Shown: piece by piece, positions 53,487 to 64,000 of the stretch
Layout of the letters: each line of letters begins with the position of its first letter
Numbering within the stretch: position 1 is the stretch's first letter
Source of the DNA: Polymyxa betae A26-41
Taxonomy: Eukaryota > Protista > Endomyxa: Phytomyxea
DNA length: 64,000 nucleotides
Reading direction: 5' to 3'
NCBI GenBank assembly: GCA_003693705.1
Contig: RBZT01000156.1
Coordinates: 53,733 to 117,732, forward strand
The notes under the pieces: generated by a model
What the model was told of the DNA's origin: nothing
The model's input: the letters and a program-made list of their open reading frames with translations, nothing else
The model's database searches: none
Translations under genes and position numbers: made by a program

Positions 53487-54095
53487 ATGGAGATGCTCCA
53501 AGAAAAACGTGGCCTTGCTGCTTTAGGCTGGACTGTTACTCAGGTGCTGATTGTCGTGTACAAAACGCGCAATCTAATTACGGCTTAGGCGTTGGCTGTA
53601 TCACTCACTATCTGCTATTGGGTAGCTGCAGGTCAAACCGATGCTGGTGGAGTTAAATTCGCTTTCGTTTGGAAAGGGTTCTGGTTTCTGGGCTCGTTCG
53701 CGACGTACCTGTTATTGTTCAAGAAACCAAACGAATATTCGTTTTCACTGGTCAGTCATCAAGCGCTGTTGAACTGTGTGAGAAAAAACCGCTTAAAACT
53801 GCTTAGTATGTCATCTTCAGCATCTTTCTGAATCAAACTGCATTAGTAGAGGTAGCAGGTCTCTCGCCAATGTACAGCACGCTTTCAGGTTTCGCTCTAG
53901 GTAGCAATACGTTTTTTTGGTGATCGGTAATCAGTCTTTGATGTGTATGATGCAGCCTACTTTTTTATCAGTGCGATCTCGCTATTTGCCGTGATCTATG
54001 CAAAAGAAGATTTTGTCGATGCTGGCCCAGCTTTTGACGACGGAGGCAATTTCGTCCCACCAGTTCCACCAAATAATGGGTATTCAGTGATTTAG
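53487..54095 (+). CDS. Four-TM membrane protein ending in GYSVI (4 exons)
   Basis: Spliced: MEMLQEKRGLAALGWTVTQALAVSLTICYW...FWFLGSFATYLLLF...YVIFSIFL...AYFFISAISLFAVIY...NNGYSVI*. Confidence 0.7.
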
Positions 54096-54126
54096 ATTCA
54101 ATACACGAACGAACGGGAATCGATAT

Positions 54127-54639
54127 TTAAGCGAACGTCAGTGTCTTAATATAATCTTGAAGCTTCCTTGTAAAATTGGGGCAGAGAACAGTTGATTTCG
54201 GTTCGTGAGCGACATTTCTGCTTGTTGCATTCGCGAAAATCGTGTAAATGTTCCTCATAACGTCTCTACTATTTATATGTGAGCGAATTAAACAAGCTTT
54301 TGCTGTAAAACAGACCGTTGATCCTGAACCGAGATATCGGTAACCATAACGAATCGAATTCCTGTGGAGCTCTCCAAATAATGCAATTTGTACTCATTAG
54401 TACAAAAGAAATGAATTGGCTCATTCTCTTGCTCACCAAGCCTATGGGCAAACATGAACAATTCAACCCATAATGTAATATGTGCCTGACGTGATCGGTG
54501 TCAGTTGATTCGCAAACGCCTTTAGAGCGAATAAAAGACCGAATGTGGTCTTGTGGTCAACCAGAGTGACATTGGGAATGAAATCGTGATGGAAGACACA
54601 TTGACCATCTCTGGCATAAATTCGAATCGAATATATCAT
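54127..54639 (-). CDS. TRAPPC1: TRAPP complex subunit 1 (Bet5), 3 exons
   Basis: Spliced: MIYSIRIYARDGQCVFHHDF..FGLLFALKAFANQLTP..FCTNEYKLHYLESSTGIRFVMVTD..F..KLQDYIKTL. Confidence 0.9.
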
Positions 54640-54807
54640 CTAGAGACAAGTAAAAGTGCCGGAAAATTTCTATCAAGTTTGATACCCTCACTGGCTGAGG
54701 CTGCTGTATGATTCTGAAATGCTAATTTGTATTGATATTGCATAATGCCATCATCATTTTCGTAACTGCATATTAGCATAAATCTTTGAAATATGATGAA
54801 TTCGTGG

Positions 54808-55542
54808 TTACAGTGTATATCTCCTTTTCGTGACTGCGTCTCTAGCATCGATTTCGTCTGAGCTTGTGTTGCTGGATATCGGCACGGTAACGTCTCCGAA
54901 AACGATGAGCCCCAAATTCACGAATACGATAAATACCCTAAACAGGTATTCAGTTTGTGATCCTTATCCTTTGACATATGCAATACTTACAAAGCAAGAA
55001 TCGCCAAAAGTATCGCTAAAGTTCGCTCATGATTAGTCCCACGATCTGTTTGCATTTTGGCATGTTGCAATAATAAAGTGGCGATAGACTTACATGTCGC
55101 TCGATAAGACAGCACTGCCATAATGAAACAGATTAGAAGCCATACTATCGAAGCAATTCGAAGTCTTAGTATTAAACGATGTCGAGAATTCGCATACTTT
55201 ATGTTGACCACAGACGTGGCTAGAGTAATTGCCTGAGACATGGTTGACAGAACTCGACGATATATTCTTTGTAATACTAACTGTTGCTATAAACCCAATC
55301 ACAGCAGATATTGCCACAAAAGCTTTTTCCTCTGGGCACGTTGATTTCGGCTGAATGATATCACCCGACTTTCTAGAAAATGCGGTGTATCCGATACCAA
55401 CCCAGACGACCACGAATGCATTCATCATGAAATATGTGGATAGACGAACCACTCGCAACCATTCTGGAGTGTGGGGACGATATCGCTTGATCGAATGAAT
55501 AATGTCCAGCTGTAAGTCTTCTTCATGCACCAAAGACAGCAT
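54808..55542 (-). CDS. Multi-pass membrane hypothetical protein
   Basis: Several hydrophobic helices across spliced ORFs; ends ...DARDAVTKRRYTL*. Confidence 0.55.
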
Positions 55543-55644
55543 TTCGTAAAGTCGAAATGGAGAAGGGTAAGCGAAACTACTCGGAACCCACTGACCAGCC
55601 CCCGATTAATCTAACGGATTCATCTAGATAAAGAAGTCTTTTAT

Positions 55645-58600
55645 TTACCATTTGACTTTGTCAAACATTCAATTATATCTTGCATCTGCTTTCGAATTTC
55701 ATCATCGTTCGTCGTTCTTTCTGCATATTGCAAGAACCCTAGAGTATCTACTTCCCTGGAATTTAACAAGCTTATGACTTGACTATCCGTGGTATTGATC
55801 AAACTCGATACTGAAAGCAAGTAAGTATAATCTCATAGAATAATGAAGAACCGACTCAAGGTTAATCCAACGCTTATCGCCGACGGTGACGATTTCGGTG
55901 TTTTGATGATATTGAAGATGGTTTTCACTGTTGAAGCCGAAACCCAACGCTGACGTTCGGAAATAAGCAAACAGTCTTCGAAAGAGCCTGGGTCTTACCT
56001 GATGACCATTTGGAAACCTCCGAGTTATCAAATGAATGCACGAGCTTGCTTTATCACAAATCATGCTGTCATTCAACAGCATATATGATAGCAGTATCTC
56101 CATATTGTCAACCAAACACTGTAAAAACGTTGAAATAATGCCACACGAGTTCGAAATCACTCCAACCTCCATATTGTGATTTTGGACCTCCTTAGTCAGC
56201 AAGTATTGCATTATATCAAGAATGGGGCCTGACAGAAGATCGGATGACCGCCCAAATGAATAGCATAGTATTGTGTTCAACTTCGGAACCAACTCCATGC
56301 TATATAGCCATTTTAAGTCGACATGGCCAGAAAGAACAATAGAATGGACGATCTGAGAAGAAATTACAACGCATTCTGAAATACGAATCAGTGCAACCTT
56401 GACATTGCCAAGCGTTAGCATGTCACAAGAGGACAACATGTCAACGAAAACAGAGACCAGGCCAAGAGTTTTCACCATTTTCACTAAATCTGGATTGGCA
56501 TCCAATATCACACTTGACAGCCGAATGCAGTATCTGAAAACCCAGTTATGATAACCAATAAGGTTACTGCGTTAGCATTACTGTGGAATGGGATCTTTTT
56601 CGGCTAACATGCTGGGGACAATCGGAAGAATATCTAAAAGGTGTTAGCTGCAGCACAACGATTAGTGATAATATCACCCTTTATCATCAAACTGTGCAAG
56701 CTCAACGTAAGCGACGCTGATGTTGGATTAGTAAGTTCTGTTCGATCATACAGGCTTGGCAGCAGAATGGCGAGGATCTGACAATGTTATTTCCCAACAG
56801 CACATTTCTTTAGAAACGATGCTTACATCTGTAACCAGTTTGATGCAAAAAAATCGGACGCTTTCTAGGTTGCAGTCTGTAGATTCCGGCCGGTTCTTGA
56901 TATTAATGATGGAGATTAGACCTGGCAGAAGAAACTCGATGATATTACCCGGGATTCCTCCTTCACACAGTCAATGTTTTATTTGAAGCACCATTTCATA
57001 CAAAAACCTAGGGTTATCAGATCCGGATTCGCTGACAGACTTTCGATAATATAGAGTGTGTCGATAATGGGAACATCAGCGTTTTGGCCATACGATAGAA
57101 GATTTGAAAGTATACCTGAAAGCCTGCAATCACTGGGTTAGAGAAGACAATAGAGTGAGCATTTTCGTAGAAAAATACCAGCGAATCGAGTTGGGAGTAA
57201 TCGCAATGTGAGCGAGAAGAGGATCAGTCGCACATTTTAGGATTACAGAAATTGAACTAATGTGATCAGAATCCAACACCGGAGCAGTTTTACTACAAAT
57301 GGAAGAAAACGTCTCTTCAAACATCGACTGAACCTGCTGTGTTAGCATCTGGAAGAAGAAAAGCAAAGCTTTTTGCGTGTATGCATCCTGTCGATACAGT
57401 TGGCATTCTAAACTAACGAAGACATATCCGACAATCACCTTATCTTTGGAAGCTTTGTCAAGAGCACTCTCAATCTTATTTTCAAAAGCAAGAAAGACAT
57501 AGTGCCCTTTGGATTTGTGATGTGTAAACAGTAGCGCCAGAGTTAGAAGTGCCTAACGAAGTCACCTTAAAAGGCGGAGGTATGCTCTTAGAATTTACCT
57601 TTGCTCTGATCACGGATGACGAATTTTCTATAATTTGTGTAGAATACTCGACTAACAGTGTAGCGTCAAAGTCGAGGGACGAAATTTCATTCGAAATAGC
57701 AAAAATCAACAAATTGAAAAAGGCCTGTTGGCATTTTGGAGAATTTAGTTCTAGCCCACCAATCAGGAACAACCATCCAATCCTAAACACCATAACTAAA
57801 GCTTGAAGAAACCAACATGTAGGAATCACCTCACCTTGGTAGTATTTTTTTGAAGAGACTAGGATGGCTACATCGTAGCATCTGCGACATTGCAGCTGCA
57901 CAAGTAATTCGCAGTGATTTGTAAGTCGAAGATTGGAATATTTGCACCAAAGACAAAACAGTATCAGTATTGAAAAACCACTGGGAGAGGTATCTGTACA
58001 AAAATAAGCAAGATGGGATGAATACGCTTGGAAAACCCTACTCAGGGCTTTGAGCGGCGACATTCTCAATGGTTTTTGCAGCATAGTGTCGTACGATATC
58101 GTCCTCTCCAGCTCTTAAAGCTCTAGAAATAGTTGATATCGCAGATGAAGGAACTTGCCAGTTGCATTTTTGTGTAACGTTATTTGAATCACGTTCAAGA
58201 TCTGATAGATCTCGAGTTGCGACATAAAACAGCAGTTCGCCTAGGGTCGCCATGGCTTGACGACGCACCTAAATCGAATTGAAACATCATTCTCGATTGA
58301 GGAAACACAAATTACTTTCATATTAGATTGCCTGCAAAGACCAGACAAGGTTTCGAATATGCTCTCTTGGCACAAGTGGGCACCGATGATTGATGCATAC
58401 CTTATCAGTGTTCCCATCGCGTAAATAAAGTACAATTTGACTTCGGAATTCATCTCAATGCTGGATTGTTGAATGAACATGGACATTATTCCACTGTTAA
58501 TGATACAGTTAGCGAATCCGGTATTTGTGCACAATGGAATGAAATACTAGGAACATCATCAGTAATGTTTCATTTCAACGAAAACCGTTAAATCACTTTA

Positions 58601-60556
58601 AGAATTGAAAGGCGTTCATTAGTAGGTGTCACTTTCCTATCAAGGGCGCGATAGACATCCTTGAGAAACCTAAGGATCACTCTAACGGGACACTCATTAC
58701 TCAAATGATGCTTTGCCTTTCTAGATCGGTATGCGAAAGCGATAGAACATCGTCCAGAGAGAGCTGATTAAATGGCAGTGACCCACCAAACGAAAGAGAA
58801 GGTGGCTGTAAATGAAGGGATCAGAAAATGCTTCAATACGACAAACTGCCAAAACGACCTTCTCTATTCGTACGTTTCCTACCAATGGCCTAACCATAAC
58901 GTCGCATTCGTGTTCCATCAGTTCTTGAATTGTCAACAAAGCCTTTTCAGATGGAACGTGACTGATTGCCTGCCGTCCTAACGTGAATTTAGTGCTATAC
59001 CAGCATCAGTTGGTAGATTTGCCAAACTTGTCGATGGAGCAGAAAAAGAATCAGGTTTCGACGCGCCACCCAAAATTAATGGCCCGCTTTTTTCTGAGGT
59101 TGGCCTTAACGTTTGCAGCAATTCATCGTCGTCAATATCCTCGTCCTAATTACCAAAAAATGAAAGCTGTCCATATGTTGCCGACAATGATGAGCATACG
59201 TCAATGGATGTAGCATCGTCGTCTTCAGAAGAAATACAGTCCGATCTTATTTTTTTTGGATCCATATTCTCTCTTTGCGACTCTCGGGCCTTGATAACCA
59301 GTAAGTTTTACAAATAGAAGCTGGAAATCCAAAATCGTACATTTGTTTCCCGATGCGGCGGTTCCTCTGAGCGATCTGGTTTCCTATCGGTTACTTTTGC
59401 AGAAGATGTGGGAATTGCAGAGCGGAAAGAAAGACGGTAGATTTTCTCATCTTTTCCGAACGTCACTAGAACAGGAAGAGGCGTTCCCCAGAATGGATGA
59501 TTGCATATTTCCGGCCATGCTGCTGACGTTATTCAACTATTGACAGGACAACTAATACCTTACTAATCCTCTTAGCTGGGTTCTTAATCAGACATTTGCT
59601 GACAAGGTCAGCAAACTCCTGAGATAGATGCGAAGGCATAGATGGAACAGGAGATTCTCGTACATGATAGATCAGCTCTTTCATTGGCCATTTTGGAAAA
59701 GGAGGCAATCCACAAGCCATTTCATGCAGGACACAGCCAAACGACCTGTTCGACGACCATTGATTAATTCAAAAAAGCTAAACTTTTCCAAAATACCAGA
59801 TATCGCTAGCGAAAGAGAAAACGCTCTTGGCATCGAATTGTTCAGGACTCATATAGTGAGGCGTTCCTCTCTTAGAACGAGGAACCTTCGAAAAGGCACT
59901 AATTAATAACAATTGAGACCTAGTCGTGATGTTGGAACCTTCTCATTAAGATCTTCCTTGATTGACCTGGCTAACCCAAAATCACAGAGTTTCAAGACTG
60001 CATATTCAGTTAGAAGTATATTTGAAGGTTTAAGGTCACAATATATCACTCCTCTTGAATGGACATATCTAAAAAAGATCAAAAGTTGCTTGACAATCTG
60101 AAATGCAACAAACTGTAATCCGCAGGCAATATCTCTAGCGAAAGATCTTAAGCAAGCCTCTGGCAGCTGCTTTTCTTGCTTTAGCAAACTGCATAAATTC
60201 CCTAGCAGCACATGGATGATGTCGAATTGCATCAGCACAAAACAACCATACCACCAGCACAATACTCGGAGCAAACCCAAAAATTGTTGGGCGTTTGATA
60301 CCAAGTGTAAAACGCCATCACATTCAAATGGGACATTTGTTTCAAAAACGAGACCTACTCAATTAATCAGCGCACAAGCCATTTGCCATCAGCAAAAAAC
60401 CTGATGTTTAATACGCTCGCTATGATGCTTGTCAATGCTTTTGACAGCAACGAACTCCAGAGTGTAATGCCTTCGACCACGATAAACGATCGAATGACGC
60501 CCTCTTCCTATCTCTTCATAGATTTCATAATCAGCCAAAGTCGGATTACTAGACAT
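55645..60556 (-). CDS. ULK4: ULK4/RUNKEL-type (pseudo)kinase with C-terminal HEAT/ARM repeats
   Basis: [28 protein letters not shown]; [17 protein letters not shown]; [17 protein letters not shown]; [14 protein letters not shown]. Confidence 0.9.
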
Positions 60557-60709
60557 GATGCTGTGTGATGGTAGTGACTATCTACAAGATCATGTGACAC
60601 TTATAAGGCATGTATCATAAAGTATCCCTACGAGGTGTTGCGCCGTATAAAAATCTCGATCATTTCTTAGTTCGGAAATGCCTAACGTCATGCGAGTGTG
60701 AGAGATGCC

Positions 60710-61237
60710 ATGACTCAAGCGCTGCTGCTCAGTATCCCATATGAATGATATCTAGCTTTATTGAACCAGAACAGCGGCCAGCTGCATCCCGCCAATTTTG
60801 GCACCTTGCTATCGGGTGGTTGTTTGGTGCCCAACTCATTCTAGGCATTCTGCTTTGGGTTGCGACTGGCCTTTACTTACAAACGTCTCAGAATGCTTTC
60901 AACAACTTCGTGATTATATTATTGTAAAATTCTTAGCTGATTTTGGACTCAATGTGATTTCTGACATGCCTTCAGTATATGCCCGTTATTGCCCATTGGG
61001 ATTAGTGCATATTCCTGGATGAAAAGCGATGCCTTACATCAGTATACGTGGATAAGTGTTTGCAGCCATGTTCTTTGCTTTGCTGTGCTACTGGGAATCA
61101 CTACTTACACAGCATTGATGAAAGAACCTGGTTATGCGCTGATAATGATTGCAGCAGTTTCATTATTACTGAGTGGGAACTCCATCATTTTAGCTATCTG
61201 CACTCTGGGGCGAGCTTATGAACTGAAATCATACTAA
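60710..61237 (+). CDS. Four-TM hypothetical membrane protein (3 exons)
   Basis: Hydrophobic helices LAIGWLFGAQLILGILLWV, VIILFICPLLPIGI, VLCFAVLLGITTY, ALIMIAAVSLLLSG. Confidence 0.55.
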
Positions 61238-61249
61238 TCCCAGATGCAT

Positions 61250-62890
61250 TTTTATAGGTCGTCCATTATCCACTGGAATACATTGGGATAGACGAAACTG
61301 CCACACTTTTTGCACTCCCTATTTACAAAGGCTAAGTAAAAATGAAAAGTTCTCCTTATCTCGCCGTGCAATATATATGGCAGCTTCAGGGTTGTTTGAA
61401 ATACCTGCTCTTGCCTGAACTTGATTTTACCCAACAATGCACAAGATTCAGAACATCATAAAAATTTCGGATCGAGAGTGCACCAAGAGCTAATAAGATT
61501 CTTCCCTTCGGTAACTCGCACCAGGTCCATGCAATTGGACAAGATATGGTGTCGTGATGCTGGATCTGCGATAATGGGTCCATAGGATATTTTAAAGTAT
61601 CCCTCGCGATATATGTAGCAGAAATAACAGCAGAAAACGTTTATTAGAAAGGAAGACGGTCCGATAGATCGAGAGACATTATATCACAATTGATCGATTG
61701 TGATGAATGATAGGGAAGCTTTTCAAAAGCAAGACGGAATGAAAGCCAATATAAGACTGAACGCATGCACTATTCGACAACAATAAATGCACTTGTTGCA
61801 AATCTTCTAATAAAACAAAACAATCTAGATTTCACAGAGAACGGCCTCGGGCTTGACAATGATATGCGCCCATAATCATCGATAAATCATTTTTTGCGAA
61901 CAAGTTAAAACCAACCCTTATCTGTATTCAAAGAATATTAAAAAAAAGAATGCTTAAAAAATTTACTCCTTTGTAAATCCTGGATCACTGCTTGATGTAC
62001 AGTATCCATATAGTGATATACACCTTCGGCCAGTGGTCTCTGAAAAGCTCCTCACTCCAACATAAGTCCGAACGGACAATAGGTTTATTGAGCTAGAATA
62101 TGAACTGAGTCCAACAAGGGACTCTGTTACGTACTTGATATGACGCCGTACACTGATTTCTGGATCGAAATCGGCATGGAAGAGTTCCAGCATAGACGAG
62201 ATGATAGCTGAGGAATCGCAAGCGACAATGATCTTAACTGCGAATAATGTATTTGGATGTGCTTGGCATCGATAGGATGATGATAGTGATTGTGACATAA
62301 ACCGATGATTGAACCGGTAAGGGTTCATCATCCTGGACTCCATAATATTTCAAAACGCCTCAAACACCGGTCAAATGTTTATAATTCGGCGCTTGATTGA
62401 AGGCAACCACAGCGCCTGCTGTGGCTATCGTTGACGGTCTTGTGCGATTGGACAGAAATCATCTCTGCGTTGCTACGCAGTAATGTTACTACCAGCTATC
62501 GTCATTCTGACAGCACTTCAGCTGACCTGATCAGCGCTGACGTGTTGCCTTCACATGAACTCGTGATTCAAAATTTGGATGGGCTTGGCTTCGAAAGGAT
62601 GATGATTTAAAGTAATCGTGCCATATACCGAAGATTGATATCTCGACCAATCCCATGTTAAATCCGAGTTGTCTGAATACGACCCTGATGTACCTATACA
62701 GAAACAACAATTGCGTACCAACAATTGTGACATTGACCTGATCGCATTCACCGTTTGCTGCTGTCATCATACAGGATTCTATCGCGAAGCCGGAAATGGT
62801 CAGCAGACCATCCTAACACAATCACAACTCGCTCTTCCACTAATACAACGAGATGTGTCAATTGGAATAGAGCTGATTGCGTTATGATTG
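61250..62890. pseudogene. Degenerate region with broken ORFs and an internal diverged duplication
   Basis: No consistent spliced model; 62252-62300 resembles 62574-62625. Confidence 0.3.
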
Positions 62891-63023
62891 TATCAGTACT
62901 AACCAGCATGTGAAAATAAAAGAGAATTTATTCAATCAAGATTAGTTATATTACTAACTCTGTAAGTGCACACCCAAAACGTACTTCGATTCCCGGTTCC
63001 AAGGCGCTATCGCACGCTGTCAA

Positions 63024-63233
63024 TGTAAGACGACCAGGGGGTCGGAAGACCGATTACAAAAGAGAGACGAAATAGAGACGAAATAGACACGTGTTGAGAG
63101 AGAGAGAAAGAATTCTAGTTGTATTATTAGAAAGGAGAAGAGGTTGCGGTGTCCGCAAAGAGGTTAGGGGGAAACCTCATATATCAGTAGCAGAATAAAC
63201 AATTAAAAGTAAAAATAAAAACTTCGCGTCACA
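63024..63233 (-). mobile_element. 3' LTR (210 bp) of an LTR retrotransposon
   Basis: Minus strand reads TGTGACG...CGTCTTACA (TG..CA, short terminal inverted repeat), with TATA-like GATATATG and AATACA, and is immediately preceded by a polypurine tract. Confidence 0.75.
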
Positions 63234-63246
63234 TCGCCCTCTTCAT
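63234..63246 (-). other. Polypurine tract of the LTR element
   Basis: ATGAAGAGGGCGA directly abutting the TG of the LTR on the minus strand. Confidence 0.7.
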
Positions 63247-63446
63247 TTGAGCGAGACCGAGTTAGAACAGGAGCAGGAAGGAATCTGAAGATGGCATAGA
63301 TCCAGGGTCGCCAAGTTGGGACAGCAAGAACACAAGCATCACGAACAGGAAAGAACACTTCAGGAACAGAACAGGAGAGAAAGAAAGTAGACGACAAATT
63401 AATAACAAAATCGCACCCGATTTGCCCCGCCTCAAAAACCCCTCTC

Positions 63447-63579
63447 GTCATTTTTCAATTTCCATTTTCAAAAATATCACGTTATAACACCCAATAACGT
63501 AATAAACCCTAACCCCAAAACCTAATTTCAAAAAAATACCCAGATTGTCATTTACCAATTCCCATTTTCAAAAATATCA
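63447..63579 (+). repeat. 33-bp direct repeat pair spaced 100 bp apart, flanking a telomere-like AAACCCTAACCCCAAAACCTAA
   Basis: gtcatttttcaatttccattttcaaaaatatca / gtcatttaccaattcccattttcaaaaatatca. Confidence 0.85.
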
Positions 63580-63665
63580 TTCCAAAAAATTTTTCCACCC
63601 AAATATATTTTTCTTTTAAACTCAATTTTTTTTTTCAAAATCAAAACACCATATCAATCAAAAAA

Positions 63666-63797
63666 TTAATCCCCGTTAGAATTATAACGCTCATTAATCC
63701 ATGGTTTTATCACTATTCCATCGGCGTTTTTGATAATTCCCGTTTTATTGATTTTATAAAGGTCTTCATAATTCTTTAAATCTACGTATCCTTTCAT
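63666..63797 (-). pseudogene. Truncated NUMOD4-motif ORF (N-terminus typical of HNH homing endonucleases)
   Basis: MKGYVDLKNYEDLYKINKTGIIKNADGIVIKPWINERYNSNGD* versus the NUMOD4 pattern W.DI.GYEGLY.VSN.G.++....+LKP. Confidence 0.65.
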
Positions 63798-63903
63798 TAC
63801 TATTAACTACTAAAAAGACTGATAAAGGTTTTTTCTCGACACCGACCATTATTCGTCCAGTTTATGACCATTTTCGGAGAGCGTTGGGTTGGAATTTTTA
63901 GGG

Positions 63904-63999
63904 TTATTTAGTGCCTTTGTAATAATCGTCCAGCAATTCATCTCTTCTGTTCTTCGCATCACAAATAGATTGAAATGATTTGTCAAACTTCAATCCTGG
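63904..63999 (-). CDS. C-terminal fragment with AP2-like helix, entering from the right edge
   Basis: PGLKFDKSFQSICDAKNRRDELLDDYYKGTK*; F....A...R pattern as in HNH-AP2 endonuclease tails. Confidence 0.4.
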   Translation of the reverse strand, partial: PGLKFDKSFQSICDAKNRRDELLDDYYKGTK

Positions 64000-64000
64000 T

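Noticed and set aside
62980-63005. TTCGATTCCCGG resembling a tRNA T-loop
   Set aside because: No T-stem pairing (preceded by GTAC, not CCGGG) and no cloverleaf

Overview
Eukaryotic, very gene-dense nuclear DNA with ~35-90 nt GT-AG introns and 30-200 bp intergenic gaps. It carries flagellar/basal-body genes, an SH3-less PEX13 and T2-4AGGG telomere-like motifs. By inference this fits a zoosporic protist such as a plasmodiophorid (Phytomyxea); that is not proven. From ~1.3 to 61.2 kb there are ~27 genes. Recognisable ones are PEX13, CFAP47, WDR54, a Yippee-domain protein, CEP78, UBC13, PGS1, a GT-A glycosyltransferase, CTR9, a TRF-like telobox Myb protein, a PCGF/BMI1-like RING-RAWUL protein, a ~3,400-aa tandem ASH/Ig-fold protein, RLP24, DUS2, NDUFB10, MIOS, TRAPPC1 and ULK4/RUNKEL. 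Several were reconstructed by manual splicing and are invisible in the ORF track. The right end (61.3-64 kb) is accessory: degenerate ORFs, a 210-bp LTR with its polypurine tract, then an AT-rich block carrying NUMOD4 and AP2-like fragments of the HNH homing-endonuclease type, a candidate endogenous DNA-virus/Polinton-like relic. Other notable items: an intron whose 5' half is a telomere-repeat ladder, telomere-like repeats just upstream of the TRF-like gene, a compositionally distinct intron-poor domain, and a 44-bp duplication that may be rescued by a new intron. Exon boundaries are hand-derived; no searches were run.
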